The notes beneath the pieces are model-generated. The model was not told the DNA's origin and ran no database searches. It saw nothing but the letters and a program-made list of their open reading frames with translations. This document shows, piece by piece, positions 13,530 through 23,750 of a stretch of 64,000 bases of DNA. The position numbers and the translations under genes were made by a program. The stretch is from Albugo candida (taxonomy: Eukaryota), in the NCBI GenBank assembly GCA_040437565.1, contig JBDOQK010000057.1:1-64000 (forward strand), read 5' to 3'. Position 1 is the stretch's first letter. Each line of letters begins with the position of its first letter.

Positions 13530-14557
13530 CATCCATCTTTGTATTGGTATGTTTTCTCCTTCTTAGGCTTGAGAGTCATCCTGCCCGCCACCAGAGCCTT
13601 GAGAGCAAAAGCCTGATGATTGGAGGATTGGTCGAAAGAAAAAGTCCTGATATTTTTTGCTGTAAGAAAAAATCAATCTTCAGTTCCAACTAATAATGTG
13701 AAACAATTAATCTGAAAAACTCATCAATACATCCTGGATGAAGAATGTTGAAAATGGGGATGGCCCTCTCATTGAGTCGCCTTACTATGTCTACACTTTT
13801 CCACCAACCATCTCTGTTCTTGCCTGCCTTGATGATCTCTCTCTGGCTGATGGTGAAGTGAGCCCTTTCTCCCTCGCTTGCTGATCAGCGGCTTTTATGA
13901 GCCCGTGCCATGAACACATGAAAGCCACTGATCATGATTGACCCCCTGGTCCTTTCTTCCTAATCCAACAATCGCCTTATTCTACCAACAACTCTTCTCT
14001 TCCAGCGTTGGTGTAAAAGGCAGACTCATCATACGTCACATGAACATATTTGTTGGCCCACACTTCCACCTTGCCCCCCCAACACATCCATCTCCTCTCC
14101 AGTCCACTCATCCATCTATTTTTTGTACTCCATCATCCTCTCTGACCAACCCTCTCTATACTCACCACATCCTCCCTTTCATGACCGTCCATATACAGCT
14201 ATTTTCCAAATCCCCATATCTTAACGTACTTAACCACTGCAAAGTAGCTGATCTTCTTCTCCTTCCTTCTCAGGACTTTAGAGGAAATGCTTTTTTGAAG
14301 GACCATCTGGAGCTCTTTGGGAGATCTTTCATTGATCTTCCTCCTCTTCATCCATGACAGACTCTCCCTCTTGATATCAATGTCTGCCAGGATCCCTCTT
14401 CTTTTCTGAATGTTGGCCTTGATGATGTGTTGGAAGGGCTTTGTTGACCAAGTACCGATCTGCCCAAAGCCTAACGTTCCTGCAGGCCCAGTCGGAGGTC
14501 TTGTGCAGTTTGTCGTTTGCTGCAGTACCTGACGCTTCCTTCTCTCCCATGCCCTGG
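13530..14557 (-). mobile_element. Degenerate IS630/Tc1-related DDE transposase fragment (DGHER..DVV / DES family)
   Basis: Minus-strand translation gives WACRNVRLWADRY..LP..QGQH, LYMDGHEREDVV, VHVTYDESAFY, IRKKG..SIMIS, RAIPIFNILHPG and FDQSSNHQAFALKAL..RMTLKP. It is cut off at KDGW by the copia 5' LTR. Confidence 0.75.
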
Positions 14558-17381
14558 TAGTAGAGAACTAGAAATCATCAGTAATATTACTATAATAAAA
14601 GGCAGTCTCATAACTCACTTTCTTTAAATCTAGGGAAGTGTTATCTTCACTCCCTTTTCAAGTAAGGCGGTACACATAATTATACTATGTGTATATATTA
14701 TGTATACTTTTTATTTATAGATAGCGACTTGTTATAGGGAGTTGGTATATTTACTCCTTTTTTGGTTAAATTCACTCCCTTTTCAAGTCAGGTGGCAAAC
14801 ATTACTATACTATGTATACTTCTTACTTATATTTAGGAAGCTGTTATATTCACCCGCTTTCAAGTCAAGCGGCACACATTAGCATACTATTTACACTTTT
14901 TCTTTATACACAGGAAATTGTTATGTTCACTCCTTTTCAAGTCACGTGACACACATAAATAATTCGCAGAGAGGAGAAAGGGCATTGAATATGCCGAGAT
15001 GCTTTCTGTAGCTTCCGTTCTGATAATTGAAACAGGAGTGCACCACCACCGTCACATTTCAAGTATGCATTTTTTACCCGTTAGCCGAACGTTAAATAGT
15101 CATCGCGTGTTCTTGGCCAAACGCCCATTTTTGTGCTGCGGAGAGCAATTCTTCACGGCTACCATATCCGGCCTTTTGGTGAGGTAGCATGTCTGGAGTG
15201 CTCACTGCGTCAGCTAAGCAAGAAGATGTGGCATTTCCTGCGCGTAAACATTCTGTTATTGCATGAATGCCAGCATCTCTTTAGATGCCGTTGTCATTCG
15301 GTGCAAGCATATTTCAATGTTGATGTCGAAGTCAAGTCGGCAACATCCACTGTATCGAGAAACAGAAGGTAAAACGGGTAGAAGTGGTGTGCCGCGATTG
15401 GTATATAGAAAGGATCCTATTTAGTACAAATGAGTCGAGAAAATTAGGCAATATTCATTCAGCAATTACACAAAGCTGCGCTTAGGGGGTCGAGTGGTTG
15501 ATCAACCTTTAGGAGCACGAGTTGCTGATGACTTCGGGACTATGCAATCCGTAGTCTCTACTGATATTCCACCGCAGCAACCTTTACTTGTAAGAGATCG
15601 CCCCTCATGCTTGCAATTGAGTTTATAAGGTGGAGGCTTTGTCGCTCCATTTAAGGTGACATGACAGATAGTTCGCTGCGAAGACCACCATAATCATGAT
15701 CTTGGGCTACCACACTTTTCTTCTTCTTGATATTGAGATGATGTCGACTTGTTGCTGGTTGAGTAAATTGCAGAATGAAGAATAATATAGATACAATAAG
15801 AACACACAAGACATGTGGCAGGTCTTAGTAGCCTGAATTATGGTGGTTCACAGGAAAATACGCGCATGAAGAAGGGGCGAAAATCTTGTCGAATGTACAA
15901 TGTTGTCGAGGGTACACAGCGCAAACACACGGTTTGCTTGGTTTAACTAATTCTATCCGTTGATTCTTTACGTATTTAATTGGTACAAATACTCTCGCCC
16001 AGCCATTGTTTACTTGACTTTGGAGAGAACTCAAGGCGGTGAGGCGACAACGTTGTCGTAATGTACAACGTTGTCGAGGTTAAATAGCGCAAACAACCGG
16101 TCTGTCGGATTTGTTAAAATAATTCTATGAACATCTGCCCTTTCGTAGAATGTGTCGGCAAGCGTTTGATAGCAGTCAGGGAGAATGCAGGTCGTGCAGG
16201 AATGATTGCAGGATTCTGAGATGTTGGCGAAAATCTAAATTATTTGAGATAGTCGGCTTATTTGTTACTAATAAATTTCCTGCTAGAAGGGAAATATTCG
16301 AAAGCGCATGGCGCTCATTTCAAGCGAAATTATTATGCTCAAACTGATCGCATGAAAGGGTCTCTGAGTGTAATGTCTTCGTGCGATAATACTACATCGT
16401 TCTACGCCTGCATTGCGTTAACATTGAGACTGGCCATTCCATCAGCGAAGAGCCATTTCCTGACAGCATGAACATATCTTCTCGTGGGGTCCGTACGTTT
16501 CTGTTTGGTACATGTATGTCCATTAACTGTGGGATGAAACCGTTCGGATTTTGCTCTCCCATTCATGTAAAGATCTGGCTTGCATTGAATACGTCCAACT
16601 TTCGCGACAAGCAGAAATCATGTATTGTTTAAAATCACTAAAGACATACCAAATATGCCACTGGATTCTCTGACTTGTTTTTCCATGACTTTTTTTTCTG
16701 GAGGAAGGAGTTTTCATTTATTTTCTGTCGCAATAGACAAAAAAGGACGCTCAGATTAATCTTCTTGGTGTTCAAGCAAGACGAGCAAAGCTTCCCACTA
16801 CATTTTTTGGGAAGATCGTCCGGCGCTTGATGCATTCAAAGTATCCAGCAGAAGGAATTTTAGCATCCTAGCCATGAGACTGCACACTTATGCAGAAATG
16901 TGCCTACATGGAGGTTATTATATCGAGGTGTATCAATAACAAACGTGTCGTTGAAACACAACTCGACAATTCGAACATAACAGCTTTTGGCAAGGTATCA
17001 TTCAAAGTACACATGTTCGGGATGATTACCTATCCAACAGTTTTGGTTTGCTTTTCTTCTGTCTCCGCATCTTTTAAACAGTGGGCTACCATAGCTGCTC
17101 TGCACCATGCCACAGGAGGGAATACAACAAGTTTCTATGTATAAACAAAAAGTATACATAGTTTATAAACATGATATAATTATGTGTGCCACCTTACTTG
17201 AAAAGGATTGAATTACACCAGTAAGGGAGTTGAAATAACCATTCCCTAAATCTAGTAGAGAACTAGAAATAATCAGTAATATCAATATAATAAAAAGCAG
17301 TCTAATAACTCACTTTAAATTTAGTAGAGAACTAGAAATAATCAGAAATAATTGTAATAAAAAGCATTCTAATAACTCACT
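14558..17381 (+). repeat. Three-unit ~68-bp tandem array (TAGTAGAGAACTAGAAAT..CAG..AACTCAC) split by an inserted transposon
   Basis: Unit 1 is at 14558-14633; units 2 and 3 are at about 17253-17321 and 17322-17381, in the same orientation. Confidence 0.85.
14634..17246 (-). mobile_element. Mutator-like (MULE/MuDR) DNA transposon, degenerate, with TIRs and a 9-bp TSD
   Basis: TSD TAAATCTAG at 14625-14633 and 17247-17255. Inverted ends read GGAAGTGTTATCTTCACTCCC (left) and GGGAATGGTTATTTCAACTCCC (right, reverse complement). The subterminal unit TTTTCAAGTAAGG.GG.ACACATAATTATA occurs about 4 times on the left (14645-14960) and once, inverted, on the right (~17175-17205). Internal remnants are weak: YVFSDFKQ at ~16640 and SWIM-like ACRHIL at ~16150. 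Confidence 0.75.
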
Positions 17382-17751
17382 ACGCCCATTATAATTACTG
17401 CATGAAGAAAACCCCATGTACTTGATATTTATTTATTGAATCTAGCAGAAATCTAGAGAAACGCAATAATATATCAATTATGGAAAGTTGACTGCTATGA
17501 AATTCGCTAACAGCTGGTAATTGTAACTTTCTATAATGAAATCAGTAAGTCACAATATTTTTGTCATTCCAAAACCTGACGGATGCATGAGAGTCTCATA
17601 TAGTAGACTCATGCACTCATTTGGGGCTCTGGGATGGTTCCCCTCAGGTCCGACGCTAAGGTATATATTCTCACGAAAGGTGATATGATTTCGTTTACGT
17701 TGTAAGTTCTAACTTCTATATTTTACCTGTAGGGCAATATTGTGAGGTTTA

Positions 17752-17877
17752 GTGCAGATCATGTGGCACCTGGGATGGAGGAAAGAGACGCAGCAACTTA
17801 TCCAAAATCCTCCGGTGCAGATCATGTGGCACCTGGGATGGAGGAAAGAGTTGCAGGAGCTTATCCGAATCCTCCCG
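17752..17877 (+). repeat. 63-bp tandem duplication (2 copies), in frame within ORF 17742-18104
   Basis: GTGCAGATCATGTGGCACCTGGGATGGAGGAAAGAG occurs at 17752 and 17815 and encodes ADHVAPGMEER..YP twice. Confidence 0.9.
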
Positions 17878-18799
17878 TGCAACATGCATCAACCTTCTAT
17901 AAATGGACGCTTTGGGTCACAGCCTGTATCGGTAAGTTTTATTTGATCAAATTCCTTTTACCTCACGTCTTTTTTTCATTAAGTCCTTATCTTTGCAATG
18001 GTGTACACGAGCACGCATCATTAACGTGCGCCAAGATGTCCATGCGACCAAGGGAAGCGCTTTCTATTCAAATTCTGTGTTTAAATTTGTATTATGTGTT
18101 ATAGATAATGATGTGATACACTGTATCAGATCATTTCTATCCTTCTAATTTTAAAACAAAACTTCTAAGCGCTTACCTTTTTTATTAGTGTTTCGGCTTT
18201 TGTATATTTGTGTAAATAGATAATATAAGAAAGTATGTAAGTTCATTTTTACCTTCTAAACCTACAGCAGAAGACGTACCAGTTTGTGAGGATGTTACAG
18301 CAGATAAATTGATGTAATATAAAATGTCAAGAGTTTCTTAAACCATCGCGCGACATCTTTTTTGGTTATTACATTAGAGTTCTCCTTCACGTGGAAAGGG
18401 AAGGTAAAGAGGATCGTGAACACGCGTTACTAGGACTAAAATTATTTGCGGGCGACATAAACGGGTACAGTCACTCAGTCTACATGTAGATAACTGTTTG
18501 AAAGGCTAAAAAAACAAAGATATTAGGTTTTGTGGTTTTTGAATTATTATATAAATTTATTTCTTTACAACACAAAATGGCAACGCAATTGGGGAAGCAT
18601 AGAGATCCCTCAATGTCTTTAAATGGGGTGAGTGGCTGGTCATAATTGCAGGTGTCCATATTTACTAGAATAAGATAAGCTGACTGCTCTAGTTGCGAAG
18701 CCTATTTTAGAAATCAAATATTTCTATGAGAGATGAAAATTCGTCTTAGTTCTGTTCTGTGAATATGTTAATTTGTAAATATTTTAGCCAGTTGCACGT

Positions 18800-21210
18800 T
18801 AAATCGTCATTGTGAATGCTGCGATAACAAGCAACACGATCCATCAATGAATACACATGGAGTCACCATTAATCCTGCAGCTGAAATATCGGCATAGAAT
18901 AATGAAAATTGTATTCCTATGGTAGAGAAAAGAACACTATGTGCTCTTCAGAACTGAGTTTTGAACATATGCTGACGGGAAGCAATTTTGACGACAGGAA
19001 GATGACTGCTGGAAAAGTAATGAAAATGGAGCTCAGCTCCCAAATACCTTCTCAATTTGATGTATCTTCGAGACTGCAGACAAGAACGTCAAGAAGCGTT
19101 GCAAGCAAGTCTTCTCAGATCTACTAGGTAGAAAGAATCATCATCTTTCATAAGCTGGAACAAGCAAGATTCCACCTTCATCGAACTCCTCAAACTCTTC
19201 AGATTGCACCGACTCGAAGGTAATACTATCGAACAAGGAAAGGGTGATACAATTTGCGGAAATCATAGACACATAATTGATTAAAAAGGTCATAAACTCT
19301 GACTCCTTTCCCCATGATATCACTCTTTATACAAGATAAACCGCGAAAGAGGACATGATATTCGACAAGCCGACAGAAAGATGGCAAGTTGGCTGCGAAT
19401 CTAGTGATAGTGGCTTCCAGCAAATAGTTTTGTGGATGTAATATGCGCACTTAGAGGAGGGCAACACGTAGAGTATATTACCGATCAAGCTGTGAACAAG
19501 ATCGTGACAGCAGAAAAAAACGCAACATGGGAGAATATAACTGAAATATATTGACATTTCACGTCAGAGCTTTGATCTATATTTCGTTGTACAATTCCTA
19601 CGTGAGTGTTTGATTCGGCTACTTTTGATTGTACTGAAAAGGTCATTGCAAGTTGTAGATGAAAGAAGCTCTCGCAATGCATCCTAGAAGCTTCGGATGC
19701 ACACATGCGCCGAGAGACAAGTTTCTGAAGAAAATTTGAAAAAAGAAGCATCCTAGATCGTGTTTTCTCGTTTGCAAAGTCAAACAACCTGCAGAAATTC
19801 AAGAAAAGGAGGGAAAGGTGAAAATCGGTCGAAATCATCCGGAGCTACAAATGTGGATGATGCGAACCACGCTGGAACGGCCGGAGTAATGAATTATACT
19901 TTAATTCTAATGGAAGGAGACTCGGAAAAACTCTGACGATTGGGAGAGTTTTGGTTGTAGGAAAAAATTGCTATGGTTAGGTCCCGCTGAAAAGAAAGCT
20001 TTCAAAGGTTTGTGAAGCAAGCTATTCTAAATAATCAAGGTATACAAACCATCACAAAGAATATTAGGCTCAAATATGCTCAAGTGTTGCAGTCAACAAA
20101 ATCAACGCGCTATGGGAATTTGATGATTCTGGTTAATCAAGATCACAGTAAAAGTCACATTGAAATCCTTGAGATCAATTTCATGTATCGTTTTTTGCCA
20201 TCATTACTTCGCTCAAGAGATGTACGCACGAATTCATCACTCCAATTGTCAAGTGCGCAAACGGATGAATTAACAAGGTGTTTCTTACAATACCAGAGTA
20301 TGAAAATATGTAGGTTGGCCAACAAAACGGTGAAGGATTAAGTATTAAAAAAAGTCTCGGGACATTCACAACAGAAGAAGCGAAATGGTAATTTACCGAT
20401 TTACCGACGCCTCCGATTTCTTCCAGTTATAAAAATGAAGAAGTTGGCGACTCGATTAACATGGCTTTTTTCAAAAACTAGTCGAAGAGCGAAAGGATTG
20501 GTTGCGATGATTCGAGCCTGACACCAATGCGGTTTATACCACTAATGGCATGCCCTACTTGGATTACGTCTACCATGATAGTATATCAACGATTCACAAA
20601 AAGGTTTTCGTTGTAGATTCGTCAATAAAGAAGTCATCTTGTTCTTTAGGTCCGATACTATGCAACCTATTCCTTTCCTAATGGACGGATTCAAACCATC
20701 ACAGTTCAGAGTGCTCATTTGTTAGCTTAAATGCAACTGCAAGGTACGTAGTATTGATTGCATAACGTCTATGCTGTACTGAGCACACTTGAAATCATAG
20801 GTGGAAATTCAAGTGGTACACTTAGCCGGCTGTGTGTCTGACAGTTCATGGCATCATTATAGTGAATCAAATCTTCATGAAAGGATCATCAATATAGCTC
20901 AAGACTTTACAATGTGTGATCATGCGAACCCATTATCTCCAGGTGGACAAAGCGGTACTCGGATCGTTGCTAGGAAAGATGAAGCTAGCCCTCGTTACAG
21001 TTAATAAATTGGAGCTGATTGCGTACAAGATTCTTGATCCTAAAATGATTCCTTAATAAGCATCATTGATGAAGACGGGAATTCATCGACCAGAATGGTA
21101 TACTTCGGTGATTCCGATGGTGCAGGTGGACGGAAGTGATGGTATCGGAACATGCCGGCTAATCTCTACCCTAAATAATAATCCTCTGAATCTGATCGAG
21201 AATATACGTG
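18800..21210 (+). pseudogene. TOP2: DNA topoisomerase II pseudogene (intron-containing, 3'-truncated)
   Basis: Colinear motifs. GHKL ATPase: IVNAA.NKQHDP and MLTGSNFDD. Transducer: RWQV..SDSGFQQI and RGGQHVEYITDQ. TOPRIM: DDANHAG..TLILMEGDSEK, RYGNLMILVNQDHSKSHI and K.LGTFTTEEAK. Breakage-reunion domain: FVNKEVILF..IPFLMDGFKPSQ, GQSGTR..KDEASPRY (catalytic Tyr at 20996-20998) and PEWYTSVIPMV.VDGSDGIGT. A GTACGT..CATAG intron lies at 20744-20800. Numerous stops and frameshifts. Confidence 0.95.
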
Positions 21211-22122
21211 TTCAGCTCTCCGTCTTCGCCTAGCAGACTTTGAATCTGGAAAGCCGTAACAAAAGTTTCCGGAATGTATGATGTGGTTCGTCCTCCATGC
21301 CAAGATTGTACCAAACGTTCGGCGTACTTTGATTACGAGTAGCAGCTTCATAATGTAACCTCAGGTCGCAGTGAAACCACATAGGTTGTGCCATGTAGTA
21401 CTGACGGCGCTGAAGAACATTTCAATCTGAAAGTATAATGGTCCAATCCATCTGATGCCGCATTTTTCACCTTTCAAGTGTGTGTCCACCAAGAANNNNN
21501 NNNNNNNNNNNNNNNNNNNNNNNNNNNNNNNNNNNNNNNNNNNNNNNNNNNNNNNNNNNNNNNNNNNNNNNNNNNNNNNNNNNNNNNNNNNNNNNGCTAG
21601 GAAAGATGAAGCTAGCCCTCGTTACAGTTAATAAATTGGAGCTGATTGCGTACAAGATTCTAGATCCTAAAATGATTCCTTAATAAGCATCATTGATGAA
21701 GACGGGAATTCATCGACCAGAATGGTATACTTCGGTGATTCCGATGGTGCAGGTGGACGGAAGTGATGGTATCGGAACATGCCGGCTAATCTCTACCCTA
21801 AATAATAATCCTCTAAATCTGATCGAGAATATACGTGTTCAGCTCTCCGTCTTCGCCTAGCAGACTTTGAATCTGGAAAGCCGTAACAAAAGTTTCCGGA
21901 ATGTATGATGTGGTTCGTCCTCCATGCCAAGATTGTACCAAACGTTCGGCGTACTTTGATTACGAGTAGCAGCTTCATAATGTAACCTCAGGTCGCAGTG
22001 AAACCACATAGGTTGTGCCATGTAGTACTGACGGCGCTGAAGAACATTTCAATCTGAAAGTATAATGGTCCAATCCATCTGATGCCGCATTTTTCACCTT
22101 TCAAGTGTGTGTCCACCAAGAA
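20969..22122 (+). repeat. 527-bp direct duplication flanking an assembly gap
   Basis: 20969-21495 equals 21596-22122 apart from about 2 substitutions; the copies are separated by 100 N (21496-21595). Confidence 0.95.
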
Positions 22123-22429
22123 CATGTTCTCTTCCATTGAACCATTTTTACATGTCGAAGAGGTGCGATGGTAAATATTTTCATTCGGCTTGTGTGGCTC
22201 AGAAAGGGATGCTTTTTCTTTGTATAAGTTGTAAAAATTCAGTCGAAGCAGTTGTCCAATTTGCGGGAATAATTATCGATACATTAGACTAGTACTGCTG
22301 AAGGGAATGACTTCGTTGTAGCTTCGATTGCCCTTCAAAAAAAGAATCTTGTAGTCTACTTACTTGTCGACGAAGATATAAAAACTCTTGGGGAACGTAT
22401 TTCGATTCTTTGCTTGCGTTTCCTACTAA

Positions 22430-23750
22430 GCACAAAGGGATTTAACTTCGATCGCCACTGTCAAATAGTCTGTACTGGTATGTCCACTTGCATCGTGTTG
22501 TGCCACATACGCTATAGAATCATCGTCTGCACAACCAGTAGTCGACCCTGGACAGTTCGTGCACGCCGAAACCATACACCAAAACCTTCGTAAAACGCTT
22601 GTCGAGAGTCGAATAACCATTGAATGGTTGGTTTCTGGCCGAACGGAATACCCAAATACTGGATCGAATTCTCCGGACCAATCATGGTCAAAATGGGAAT
22701 ACGTGGGAACGGCAAGGTCCGATTCAACGAGAGCAAGGATGATTTGCTCAAGTTGCGTTTCGCACCAGATCCATCGAAATAGACTTGAACGAGTTCGAGC
22801 TGCGTAAAAACACCATTTGGTGTCTCTGAACGCAATGTCGAATCGACTGCAAACCAAACTTATTCCAGTTGCGGCAATCGTGCCAATAATCTAAGTGCCA
22901 TGTTATTCATGTTGTCGAAGTAAGTTTCCCAAATATTGAATCGTCATCAGAAAGAGTAATGCTGAGAGAGGATTGCCTTGTTTCACTCCACGTTGTGTTG
23001 TAATGGATGGTGTGATATTTCCATTCATCATCAACTGCGCTTTCATGTTAGTGTACAAGAGACGAACCCATTCCACCGTCCGTTTTTTCCGAGATGCGAA
23101 GCATGTATGTCTTATTGACCCAATCATAAGCTTTCCCAAAGTCGAGAGAAGTGGCATACGCTTCCTCTCCACGATGAGTGACCAAGTCTTGGATGTCTGT
23201 AAGATGTCGAATGTACTGTTGCATCGACCTTCCTAGCAAAAATGCTTTTTGATCTTCATGGATCTATTTCGTCGAAAACATTTGCAATGGATGCGCCAAA
23301 ACTTTTGGAAGTACTTTCCTATCAACACAAAGTAGTGGGATCGGTCTATTGTTGACAGGATCAACCCGTGATATTTTTTTTTCTTTAACAACAATGTGAT
23401 TAACGAGTGACGTTGTAATCGAAGTAAGATACCTTTCTCCAGCTGATGTTCAAACACGATCTTCATATATTCGCCAAAAGTTTGCGTATCAAGATGACAA
23501 ATATACCCACTCATCCAAGCATACTCGGAGAGGAGCTACTTCGCATGTGCTTCATCGTTTTCACCATCTCAGTCGTACTTGAGGGAGTTGAGAGACGGTC
23601 TTGCTTAGCTGAATTAAGAAAGCTTGAATCGAATCCACTAGTTTTTTCACATCTTTATCGATTCATGATTCTTTATAGATGCAAATTCGGTAATTCTTCT
23701 TATATGATTTTGATGATGACTCGACGCTAGTGTTGCCAAAGCGAGTACCG
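22430..23750 (-). mobile_element. Degenerate non-LTR retrotransposon (L1/Tx1-like) reverse transcriptase fragment
   Basis: Minus strand: SLITLLLKK, RPIPLLCVDRKV, GRSMQQYIRHL..LDFGKAYDWV, WVRLLY..RGVKQGNPLSALLF, QYLGIPF and RARTVQGRLLVVQ. Multiple frameshifts. Confidence 0.9.

Noticed and set aside
14558..14960. Repeats with variable intervening sequence, superficially CRISPR-like
   Set aside because: The units are degenerate along their whole length, there are no unique spacers or cas genes, and the context is eukaryotic TE sequence.
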